Origin: Octopus sinensis
Taxonomy: Eukaryota
Direction of reading: 5' to 3'
DNA length: 64,000 nt
Assembly: GCF_006345805.1 (NCBI RefSeq)
Contig: NC_042997.1
Location: 145,638,001-145,702,000 of the forward strand
Of this stretch, positions 24,681 through 36,564 are shown piece by piece; position 1 is the stretch's first letter; each line of letters opens with the position of its first letter. The position numbers and the translations under genes are program-made. The notes under the pieces were generated by a model. It had not been told where the DNA came from. It saw only the letters and a list, made by a program, of their open reading frames with translations, and did no database searches.

Positions 24681-25386
24681 CAGTGGTTACCAACTTTTTC
24701 ACCACTAAGAAACCCTTTCATGTAAATGTATATATCCCATGAACCTCTAGCCTTTCTCAGCCGTTTTTTTAACCTATGGATCCCTTTGATTCCTATTCTA
24801 CTCCAATGTACCCTCATAGCTAATCAATGTTTGAAAAAGATCATATATTTTTCTGATTAAACATTATTAGGAATTATATGAAAAAATTATTAAAATATTT
24901 TGTGTATTGTAGAAATATAACCAATTTATTATTATAGCCCGGCGTTGCTCGGGTTTGTTTTCTTTTCGACCCTTTAGAATTGAAATTTTTGAAAAGTAAA
25001 AATTTGCATTATGTAGCTTGTTATTCTCTTTAAGTGAACATTTTTCTGGTTGAAATACACCGAAAAATGGCGATACTGCAGTCACAAAATTGTAAAAAAT
25101 AGGAATTTTTATAGAAAAAAAGCACCTTTTTGATGTAAATAATTTTTGGTGTTAACATGGTCCAATTTGAAGCCTTCTTCTATCATACTCTCAATTTTGG
25201 TCAACTTGTGCCGCAGGGTCTCGGAAGAGATAGTGTTAGTTGAAGGCTACCAAACCTGCCACACATAGACAACTTCAGCTTTATATATATATATAGATTT
25301 ATTGCAAATGAATTTTAGCAATAAAGTCTTATATGGAACCCCACCCACTCGCCAAGTGTCATATGAACCTCAGTTGAGAACCACTG
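24681..25386 (-). mobile_element. hAT-type MITE (family of 18217-18536) interrupted by a Helitron
   Basis: TIRs CAGTGGTTACCAAC / GTTGAGAACCACTG; shared body AATTGGTTATATTTCTACAATACACAAAA on minus strand. Confidence 0.75.
24937..25297 (-). mobile_element. Non-autonomous Helitron
   Basis: Minus strand starts A|TCTATATATAT; 3' hairpin CCCGAGCAACGCCGGG; terminal CTAG degraded. Confidence 0.7.
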
Positions 25387-25825
25387 GTTTAACCACTCAA
25401 TAGACTAATTACTGGGGCTTTGGTAGAATCCACTGGTCCAAAGTGACGTGGAGCTGAACCTAAATCCACTTGGTTGGCCTATACCTAATATTTTATAGCA
25501 ACCAATGACTTTAAGTCAAATACAATGAAAAGTAAAAACAAAATCTATGGCTTTAAGTCACGACTATACCTAATATTTTTCAATGATATTGGTATTAGCT
25601 AGTTGTTAATTATCAATAATCTAGTTTTCTATGTTTCATCTTTCAATTAAAACACACATGTAACTGAATTTAAAAAATGGTAGGGAATACCGATAGGATG
25701 CAACAGTCCACTGCTAGATTTATCCCTCTTTATAGCTGATGGTTTACGGTCTTACTATTGATTAGCTGACGCTGCCGCGCTCTCTTTACGCTGATTGAGC
25801 ACTCTCTCTGCCTTTAACGTTTATC

Positions 25826-26245
25826 TTTAACTTGTTGAAGTCATCGGAGTGCAGCCATGCTGGGGCACCGCTTTGAAAAGTTTAGGCGAACAAATCAACC
25901 CCGGATTTGTTTTTGTACTTATTTTATGAGTTCTTTTTTGCCGAACCGCTAAGTTAGGAGACGTAAAGTGACCAACTCCGGTTGTCTGGTGGTGGTGGTG
26001 GTGGAAGTGGTGGTGATGGTGGGTTGGACAAATGCAAATACTAAGGCACATACACACATACACACATTCATATATACACAAGGGGCCTCTACACAGTTTC
26101 CGTCTCCTGAATTCACTCACAAAGCATTGGTCGGCCCTGGTCCATAACAGAGGGCATCTAAGGTGCGGTGGAGTAGAACTGAACCCAAAACCACGTCGTT
26201 AAAAGACGAGCTTCTTAACTAGATAACCTGCTGCACCTATAGTCT
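25826..26245 (-). mobile_element. SINE-C, older copy
   Basis: CAGCCATGCTGGGGCACCGC tail, GCCGAACCGCTAAGTTA core. Confidence 0.7.
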
Positions 26246-27476
26246 TAACAATAACTTTATATCAGCTGAGTGAACTGGAGCAACATGAAGTAAAACGCCT
26301 TGCTCAAGAACACGACGTTCCTCAGGAATAGGGATCAAACCCACGACCGAATGATCGAGGGCCCAGATGTCTAACCACTGAATTTCTTGTTTCTTCATAC
26401 AACCGAATAGTTACAAGTAACTGAAATTTTACATTTTAAACATCAGCCTTTTAAAATGTTGACTACAGCTCACGGGCCCTGGGCTGGGAACCACTGGCAT
26501 TGGTCGTGGGTGCTTCACACAACAGAAGACAAAGGTCAACAACGTCAGTCTTTAAAAATTTTGACCCCAGCTCACGGACCCCATGTTGAAGACCTCTGGC
26601 TTAGATCGTTGGAGTTGCACTATTTCAGTGGAGGAAGGTCAACAGCTTTAACCTTTCCGTTGGCTTCTGTTGACTGGTGAGAGAAAGGGAGGAAATTCTG
26701 GCCCTTTAGGTTACTGCAGCAGGAAACAGAGAGGATTACGATATTGAAATACCCCCACACAAGACACGTAATCTGAATATTTGCAGCAGTAAAGCAACAT
26801 TTAGAAAGAAGCAAAAGTGAGAAATAAATTTTATGCTAAAACCAGGCACTTTTAACAATAAATAAATAAATAAATAAAAATAAAAATCATGAATTTATAA
26901 ATTATATTTTGGCTGATAAGAATTTTTAAGCTTTGTAAAAAAATTTTTTATAACGTTTCCCTTTTTTAAAATTAAAACTACGAAGTCAAAATAAAATTAG
27001 GGGTAAATTAAAAGCAAACAAAATAGAAAAAAAAGGGAGATAATAAATAAATAGGTATATATATATATATATACTTTTTTTAATTATATTTTGTTTTTGC
27101 TTTTCATTGTATTTGACTTAAAGCCATAGATTGTTACAAAACATCTTTTATGAAAGAGAATATTGTGACTTGAAATCAATAAGCCTGTCTGTACATGGAC
27201 CGAGTTTTCTGTGCATATATTTATGTCTATTGATAAAATTTAATCAATACAATTGTACCAAAGAAAATAATATTCATTTACAAAGTAAATATTGTTCGTG
27301 GTTTGTATGTTACATTGATAACTGAAATGAGAAAACATACTTTTCTACGTTATGAAGAACACAAAAGCAACTAACATCAAATGCATTATTCATGAAGTTT
27401 AATTTCTAAGAACCAGATTTTGTGTACAAATAAAGCTGAACCTAATCAAATTTGTTAGTTGTTCTCCGTGGTGTGT

Positions 27477-27521
<45 letters not shown>

Positions 27522-27850
27522 TGTGTGTGTGTGTGTGTGCGCGTGCGTGCATCTGCCTACCACAGCGTTGATGAGATTCTAGTGATACGTCAAAGTTAAC
27601 GAGATTAAATATTTTAAGAGAAACAGCATGTATTATTAAGTTTGACTGGAAACTTTCTTTTGTAAACTCGGAATTGTACTTTTAAATTTCCTAAAAGAAC
27701 TGTGACACGTAAAATATGAATTGGAAGAGTAAGTAAAGTTACATTTGCAAAGAACAAACTCGGTTCCCAAAATAGAGATTTTTTTGTTGCTATGGCATAT
27801 GTATAATTAATTAAATTGTTCCTTTATACCGAAAAAGGTTTATGAGTAAC

Positions 27851-28541
27851 ATTGGGTTCAAATTTTGGCACAAGGCCAGTCATTTTGGGGGAGGAGCGGT
27901 CATTTACGTCGAGCCCAGGGATTAACTGGTACTTATTTTATCGACCCAGAAAGGATGAAGGCAATGTCGACCACGGCGGAATTTGAACTCAGAACCTGAA
28001 GACGGACGATGTGCTGTTTAGCATTTTGCCCGACGCGGTAATGATTCTGCCAGCTCTCCACCTTAGAATTATGAGTAATATGTGTAAACCTCATAAGCAG
28101 GGAGCTGGTAGAACGATCAGCACGTCGGGTAAAATTCTTAGCAGCATTTCGTCCGTCTTTACGTTCTAAGTTCAAAATCCGCCGAGGTCGATTTTGCATT
28201 TCATCCTTTCGAGGTCGATAAAATATGTACAAATTGATCATTGGGATCGATATAATCGACTTACACCTTCCCCCGAAATTGCTGACTTTATGCCAAAATT
28301 TGAAGTCAATATACGTGAACTGTAAGGCGGCAAATTTGCAGAATCGTTAGCACGATGGGTAAAGTGCTTAGCGGCATTTCTTCCGACTTCTCTTCCATAG
28401 TTCAAATGCCGACGGGGTCGACTTTCCTTTCATTTTTCGGTTTCGATAAAATAAGTACAAATTGAGCATTGGGGTCGATATAATCGACTTAAGCCCTCCT
28501 CTAAAATTGCTGGCCTTGTGCCGAAATTTGAAATCAATATG
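27851..28541. mobile_element. Cluster of three SINE-A copies: minus 27851-28062, plus 28097-28311, plus 28326-28541
   Basis: Family central domain in each copy; first two are head-to-head inverted. Confidence 0.8.
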
Positions 28542-28729
28542 TGTGAGCTGTAAAACTACCGGTATTTGGATGTAGCTTTAGTTGGTTTGAGGTGACTCGA
28601 AATGCATCCATGCTTCTTGAGCAATACTAGCCTGCAAGGGCTGTTAGCCGACGATCACACTCCTTACTACCACCTGGTCCTTGGCTGGACATTCTAGCGG
28701 AATCTACTACGTTGCGCATGGCCGAGTGA

Positions 28730-29075
28730 TGCTGCATGACTCAGTGGTTAGAGCATCGGGTTCACAATCATGAGGTAGTGAGTTCGATTCTTGGACCGGG
28801 TTGTGTGTGTCGTGGTTTTAAGCAAGACACTTTATTTTTCACTTTGCTCCAGTTCACTCTGCTGTAGAAATGAGTTGCAACGTCATTGGTACCAAGATGT
28901 ATCGGCCTTTGCCTTTTCTTTAGATAACATCAGTGGCGTGGAGAGAAGAGGCTGGTATGCATGGGCGACTGCTGGTCTTCCATAAACAACCTTGTCCAGA
29001 CTTGTACCTCGGAGGTTAACCTTTTAGGTACAATCCCATGGTTATTCATGACCGAAGAGGGTCTTTACACTTTTA
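28730..29075 (+). mobile_element. SINE-B variant with tail 2
   Basis: GACTCAGTGGTTAGAGCATCGG head, GAGTTCGATTC B-box, GAGTTGCAACGTCA tail. Confidence 0.82.
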
Positions 29076-29927
29076 CCCTATGATGTTGTATATATTCAGA
29101 GTAGGCCTGCAGTTTTAGACTAAGAGGATAGCTCTATGATCGTAATGAGGCGATTTGAGGTTGCTGTTTAGAGGCTAAGGATTTGCCAAAAGCTGATTGA
29201 ACATTCAGCCTGTTTAATTGACAGTACTACATAGCATTTCAGGCAAAAACGTGCGCGCATTTGGAAATATAGATATACTGAGAGAAAGAATGGGAGAGGG
29301 ATGGAAAGATACATAACAATTTATTAACTGAACACAATTGACATAAAGACTTACAGTCTCCTTATACACATAGAGGTATAGTTCATAGACATAAATGAGA
29401 GAGGGGGAGGGAGGAAGAGGGAGCAGAGAGGGAGAAAGATGGAACAGAGAGGGGGAAAAGTGACGGACGGAAGGAGAAAACGAAACATTAAAACGTCTCA
29501 TGTCAAATAAGTCAGAATCAAATGATCGACGCCAAATAAGAGGCGCCAAATTGGCCATGCCAAAACGTCTCATATCCTACAATTATACACTGTTTTCTAC
29601 TACAGTAATACATGAGTCAAGCTTTCTTTCTCCATTCTTCCCTTCTTTCTTACCAGATCCAAGGGATCTCATAAAGATGATAGCCACTGTCTTTTCATCA
29701 ACGGTAGTGTTTCGATTTTTTGTTGTATTTATTGGAGATGAAGCTACGTAATTATTTTATGTGAACATATAGGCGGAGATATGAATTTGTAGATGAGACA
29801 CTCGCTTAAAACCATGTGCTTTCAGGTTAAATCCCATACTACAGCATTTCTACTGTAGCCCCTGGATGAGCAATGCCTTATGAGTGAAGTTGGTACACGA
29901 AAACAGTATAGGAAACCATTGTGAGTG

Positions 29928-29965
<38 letters not shown>

Positions 29966-29975
29966 TAATAATAAT

Positions 29976-30021
<46 letters not shown>

Positions 30022-30439
30022 GTATACAAAAAATGGAACAAGAACGCAACAGACGACGATAAAACATCAGGACAGATATACGATACAAAGACGGACAGGA
30101 AAAAAACAAGGACGAGTCATTCATGGCCTTCTCTCCTCAATCACGGTGCACCAGGATGGCCGCAGACCAGTGACTGAAACAAGCAACAGAATAAAAGAAT
30201 ATGGACGTGGAATATTCCTGTACTTAAGTTATTTCAATGAAAGCGTGTTGCATAGTAACGAAGGTGTTATACTCGCTACAGCAGGGTCATGGTTTCGATA
30301 CCTGATTTGTGCAAGGAGTTGTAATCTCGAGCAAAGCACTTCATTTCACGTTGCCCCACTTAAATCAGCCTGTAAATGAGTTACACTGTGACGGACATAG
30401 TTCTGAGTCCAAGAACTCGAGACAGTAATGACCAAGTGT

Positions 30440-30473
<34 letters not shown>

Positions 30474-30665
30474 GGTGGTGGTGGTGGTGGTGGTGGTGGT
30501 GGTGGTGGTGGTGGTGGTGGTGGTGATAGTGATGGTGATGTTGGTGGGGATGATGGTGATGATAGTGATGACGATGATGATGATGAGGATCATGAGGATG
30601 ATGAGGATAATGATGATGATGATGATGATGGTGATGTGGTGAAGATGGTGATGGTGATGATGATG
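30440..30665. repeat. (GAT)n/(GGT)n microsatellite
   Basis: Direct reading. Confidence 0.95.
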
Positions 30666-31444
30666 TGTTATTTCGCATCTGTAAAGATCTATAAAGACTG
30701 TATATATGTGCATATAGAAAACAGTTATTCAGGCCTCTGTGAGTCAGAATTGATTACATAGCTACACCTAATATATGGGGTGAGGTAACAGAATCGTTAG
30801 GCACATCGGACAAAATGCTTAACGGCATTTCGTCCAATCTATAGCCCTAGGCTGGTTCTTTTTCTTTTATTGAGCCTGTAGGGAGGGAAAACAAAGTTAA
30901 CCTCAGCAGGGTTTGAACCGAAAACGCAGAGAGGTGGAGCTGCGAGGAATTTTACCAAATTATTTATATATTTAAACATGTCTTTAAGTAGAATATTCTA
31001 AACAGTTTCAAATTCATTTGCTTTTAATTACAAAGAAATATAGGCGAGCAAAAGAAGTTTCATTTCTGTGGAATAGGTTATTTGATTTATGATATACTTA
31101 TAATTTAATGTGAAAAGAAATATCTCATTTCTTCCTAAGGAGTCTTGCCTTTTTTGACACAAAAATAAAATCCTAGGAGGAAACTAGAGTCGAGAAAGTT
31201 AATAATTTTACATCCTTACATGAGTGATATTTATTAATTTGCAGATTCTAGTATTAGTTATCGATTAATTTATCAAAAAATATCTATTTGTATATGAAAA
31301 CGTTTGTGAAATTTCAAATACTGTTCTTTATTACATTCTCATTTAAAATGGCTTCATTGACATATTTTCAATTAAGTTGTATTTTTCTCAATGTTATAAA
31401 TAGTAGAACAAATTAAGGTTTACCAATGCCAAGTTCCTGAATGC

Positions 31445-31515
<71 letters not shown>

Positions 31516-31520
31516 TAATA
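31445..31520. repeat. (AAT)n microsatellite
   Basis: Direct reading. Confidence 0.96.
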
Positions 31521-32111
31521 ATGAAACTTTTTATATATGTTAGTTGCTAAGGTGAGATCATATAAAGACTATTAGTTTTGAAACTTGTTTTATATTATTT
31601 TCTTTCAGGAAATGAAAATTTAAAGTTCTTTATCAGAATTCCTGACAGGTGTCTGAGGATAACGGAAAACTATATCATTATGGTATTTTTTTCTTCTGTT
31701 ACATTCTTTAAAATTCTTCAATAAAACAAAATTGTTGGTGTCTACTCTAAAGTACTTTTGAAAGTCGTACAATTATAACTTGATAAATTCACATACTTAA
31801 CTGTAAGAAACTTTGCTTTAGTTTAACTACAGCTCTATAAACAGAATGAATGATCAGAGATTAAGCAGCCCCCTGCACTTCTTGATCGCAATTGTGACTT
31901 TTAATTAAATGACGAAATGCTCAGTAATTATGTTTATACTGGCACACTCGTGGCTGTGTGTGTAAGAAGCTTGACTCCAGACTGTGTATTCTTGGGTTCA
32001 GACCTGCTGCAGGTCACCTTGGAGCAAACGTCTTGCACTGTTGCCCTGGGCCAACAAAACCCTTGTGAATGAATTCTGTAGTAGATAGAAGCTAAAAAAA
32101 GTTCGACGTTT

Positions 32112-32158
<47 letters not shown>

Positions 32159-32207
32159 ATATATATATAATATATATATATATATGTGGTGTGTGTGTGT
32201 GTGTGTG

Positions 32208-32242
<35 letters not shown>

Positions 32243-32749
32243 TATGTGTGTGTGGTGTGTGTGTGTTGTGTGTGTGTTGTGTGTGTGTGTAAATGAAATA
32301 ATTGAGGTTCAGTTGAATTAGGTACTTACGTTGAAACACCAAGTCAGTGCGGCATTATCCATACACTCAAAATAAGGGGAATAAATCAAAATAATCAACA
32401 GGATATCAAGAGGTGATGCAGTACGACCGTTTCAAGCGACTCCATTTAATTGAACAATGCAATTATTACATTGGTTTAAATGCAGGGCTATCCTCAGCTG
32501 CATAAATAAATATAATTTTCTAATCAGTTGGACACATTAATATAATTTTACTCAAATTCTCTAAAAGAGCAAGAAGAGGGAGAAAGTCCATGCTGCTACT
32601 AGTGTGACTCAGAATATACTATACTTTTAAGAACGGCATGGAGTTTGTTAGGGTCATAGCTTGTAAATGACTGTGGTTCACTTTTAATTTATTAGTCTTT
32701 TTTATCAACTACCAAATCTAAGGCTAGATTACAGGTAAATTCCGCCCTT

Positions 32750-33720
32750 ACATGCGCTCTAAGTCTGAAAATAAGGACTTGATCTGGTATAACATTCTCT
32801 TCAACTGTGCCATATCCATAAACACATATAGGAATTTATGACAATTTTAGAAAAAAAACATTCCTACTTTTCAAAGATACAACAGAATGTTTCCCCGTAA
32901 GACAGTTAGAATCTCATACTCTACTCTCCCTAATATTGGTACCATCATAGCAAGGTTAAATAGAAAGAATATTAAATTAGCAAGAGGTAGTAATAACAAT
33001 AATGTTAATTTCAATACTAATTTAAACCCCTACAACGTAGATAATAATATTAATGGTGACGTAGAAAATAGAAACAGCGGTACTAATGCCTCTAATATAG
33101 CTGTAAGGTCCATACTAACACAAGGATACACCTGATGATGCTGGGATGAATGTTAATGGTACTACAATTGAATGATGGAGAGATAACGCCGGATATGAAA
33201 ATAACACATGCAATAGTAATTGTAGGAATAATATTAACAGTAATATTAATAATAATAATGGTATGAATATCAATAATATTAATAGTGGTAATTCTCCTAG
33301 TTGAAATTGTAGGATTAAATCCCACTATCCGTTATTAGATCGATGTCAAACCCAAAACGTAATCTATAAGCGTACTATCACAATTGTAGCTGGTAACTTT
33401 GTGTACATCGGATGTTCAATAAATATGAAAAAAAAACGCATTAATAACCATTTTTCATCTTTTAGACTCAAACATAAGGCCAATTGTACGTCCTTATCTA
33501 GCAAGATTTGGGAACTGAAGGAAAGCGGAATCGAATTTAGCCTTAAATGGGATATTACAAGGAAAGCGCAGCTTTATAGAGATAGTCTAGTCGGTACGGG
33601 TGTGAGCTGTGCTCTATGGAAACTTATAAAACTTTTTAGTATAGGGACAAGAGCAATAATAATCTAATAATAGATTAGAGCTAAGGGTAACATGCGTGCA
33701 TAGTGTCATCCGTAAATTTA
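32750..33720 (+). mobile_element. Penelope-like retroelement remnant (post-RT region plus GIY-YIG endonuclease), Naiad-like
   Basis: KDLIWYNILFN...RMFPRKTVRISYSTLPNIGTII; Asn-rich linker; *NCRIKSHYPLLDRCQTQNVIYK...YIG...RINNHFSSF...TSLSSKIWELK...FSLKWDI; CELCSME in another frame; TCVH; several stops and frameshifts. Confidence 0.85.
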
Positions 33721-34284
33721 AATATTTTCGAAATTAGTGTTTATAGTTGCTGCACTTGAACCTGGACAGGAGAAATTAATTTTAGTGTCGTATATATGTG
33801 AACTTACCCGCTAGTATTAAATATAATACGTTATATATATTTTCTTACTATTCTCTATAATTTCTTATTATTGTGTTTTCTTATTTTGATAGTTTTACCT
33901 ATTAACCTCTTATCTCTTATAAGTTATTAATGTAATGTTCTTAAAGAGAAATATAAACTTTCTAGTTACTTAAGTCTAGAAGAGTTGATTATAACATACT
34001 CATAATAAAGTACAAATATTTGTGTATATTTGCATGTGTACACATAGTTAAATATGTGTATGTATCTGTACACAACTCATTTTTCCGGGGGGGTTTTCTG
34101 ATTCTTAGCTTATATCAAATATAAAGATAGCATGCTTTATCACCCCAATACCCAGAGCAATCTTTATAGAAACCACCTTTTAAGTAGATAACTAAGTACA
34201 CGTACGAATATTATTGTAATTCTATGTTGAAAATTGGTATATCACTTTTAGTAATCTTAACTTTTATCTTCATACAATATATAC

Positions 34285-34357
34285 ATTATTCAGGTCACTG
34301 CTTGGAATTGAACTCGGAATATTGGGGTTAGAAGCCCGCGCTCTTAACCACTACGTC
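34285..34357 (-). mobile_element. Short tRNA-derived SINE ending AGTGACCTGAATAAT (inverted partial copy at about 34630-34680)
   Basis: Minus strand CGTAGTGGTTAAGAGCGCGGGCTTCTAACCCC...GAGTTCAATTCC; no acceptor stem. Confidence 0.6.
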
Positions 34358-34679
34358 AATTATGGAGGGCTTATAAATCTAATATTTTCTTATCCTTCCT
34401 TAATACCGGTTTTAATATGCTACTCATATCTGTATAGGTCTGCTTAGGAGGTTGTTGTGTCCCAGCATATATGCTGCCTCTTTTAGTTTTTGTATTTTCC
34501 AGTGGTGTTCTATGTCTATTATTTTAGCTTCTTTCCATAAGACGGAAATGGTTTCCCATTGATCAGCTATACCCAATTTATCAATATCTCCTCGTGTCAC
34601 AGCTTTGCAATTTCCTCTACCTTTATTCCTAGTTCGATGATTCCAAGGAGTGACCTGAATAATAATAATAATAATAATG

Positions 34680-34757
<78 letters not shown>

Positions 34758-34760
<3 letters not shown>

Positions 34761-35352
34761 GCCCTGATGCAGTACCAATGCCCTGATGCAGTATAAATGC
34801 CTGATGCAGTACCAGGCAGTGGCTCTCATAGCTTCTGATCTTAACTGATTCGAAGTGTTATCATGTACATTGTTTTGTCTTGGTATAAAAGATGGGCTAC
34901 AGCAAATATTATGCTCAATACCACAGATTTGCTTGTCATTTGTTTGACCTTAACCAGTGGAGCATGTCCCTTAGTGGCTGACGATATGTGCATCTCTGAT
35001 CACGAGCAGAAGTAGTAGGGGAGCATCATAGCTATGTGTTGAGAGGGATTCTTTGGGGTTTGAATAATTCACCTCTGGAAACATGGGTGGTTCTTTCAAC
35101 ATCCTTAAACAACCCTTATTCAGGGACCGTTTGAGCGGGATGGGCTACTCAACCTGAAGAAAATTCTAACTGGGCCCCACCTGCAAGGTCATGTGCTGTT
35201 TATCTTGATATGAGATCACCATGTCGCGCACATATGGTTGTGATGCATGTGCCTGGTGTACCCTTATCAGACGGGTAGTCATGATGGGTATATTGGGCTT
35301 CGTATATTTTACCCCAGTATCACTTTGATGGCATGAACTGCTCTCTCACTCA
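34758..35352 (-). mobile_element. ~595-bp non-coding element embedded in (AAT)n on both sides; candidate non-autonomous R4/Dong-type retroelement
   Basis: Sharp boundaries into (AAT)n at both ends; triplicated terminal GCCCTGATGCAGTAC; orientation and class are inference. Confidence 0.55.
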
Positions 35353-35364
35353 ATAATAATAATA

Positions 35365-35457
<93 letters not shown>

Positions 35458-35458
35458 C

Positions 35459-35630
35459 CTCGGAAAAATACTTTTGGAATGAGAACCCAGGTTTGAAATT
35501 TTCCTAGGATACCTGATGAAGGCTGGAGAGTAGTTCAGCCGAAACGTTGTGTAAACAACAAACAAGGTGAGGAAAAATATCCGTCAAATGTAAATAATGT
35601 ACATAATTCCTCATCTCTCAAATATAGAAC
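35459..35630 (+). mobile_element. Penelope pLTR-like repeat with hammerhead-like core
   Basis: CTGATGA-A-GGCTG(10 nt)CAGCC-GAAAC-GTTG(6 nt)CAAC at 35513-35559; cleavage triplet and stem I not intact. Confidence 0.5.
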
Positions 35631-36163
35631 TATATATATATATACATACACACATATTCTTGCAGTCAGGAGAAACTATTGGTTTTAAATTCATTCTGAC
35701 TTAGGCATAAAATATTCATGCAACACCAAGCTTGCATTGCTTCAGTTTTTCAAGTATATGTTTAAGTAGACAGCTTACGTAAGTTTAAAGACGAAGAACT
35801 ATGGCCAGACATAAATTCACTATAAAGAATTATGCTGAACGGTGAAGTAAATGCCATTCATACCGTCGCATTCAGTATGCAACGTTATGAAACAAAAGTG
35901 GAACCCAAAAGTTACACCCAATTGCACAATTCGTCACTAATTTAGTATCTCTCTCATTTGTTTCAGTCACTGGACTGCAAGCATGCTAGGACACCGCCCT
36001 GAAGAGTTTAATCGATCAAGACGATCCCAGTAATTATTTCCTAAGCCTGGTATATATTCGCTTTTGCAGAACTGGTTAAAGTTACATGGAAGGAAACAAT
36101 CAAACACCAGTTGTGCAGCAATGCGAACACATCCACAAAGGTATGCACACAAATAAAAAAAGG

Positions 36164-36430
36164 AAGGCGGCGAGCTAGCAAAGGCGGCGAGCTAGCAAAG
36201 GGGCGAGCTAGCAGAATCGTTAGCACGTCGGGCGAAATGCTTAGCGGTATTTCGGCTGCCGTTACGTTGTGAGTTCAAATTCCGCCGAGGTCGACTTTGC
36301 CTTTCATCCTTTCGGGGTCGATAAAGTACCAGTTAAGCACTGGGGTCGATATAATCGACTTAATACCTATGTCTGTCCATGTTTGTCTCCTCTATGTTTA
36401 GCCTCTTGTGGGTAATAAAGAAATAGGTAT
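36164..36430 (+). mobile_element. SINE-A with triplicated 5' end
   Basis: GGCGGCGAGCTAGCAAA repeated three times before GAATCGTTAGCACG. Confidence 0.88.
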
Positions 36431-36439
36431 GCACACAAA

Positions 36440-36453
36440 TACACACACACACG

Positions 36454-36545
<92 letters not shown>
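36440..36545. repeat. (CA)n microsatellite
   Basis: Direct reading. Confidence 0.96.
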
Positions 36546-36564
36546 TACATGTAGATTTGATCTA

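Noticed and set aside
29490-29580. Possible DNA-transposon end (GGCGCCAAATTGGCCATGCCAAAACGTCTCATATCC)
   Set aside because: No matching inverted end or TSD found nearby
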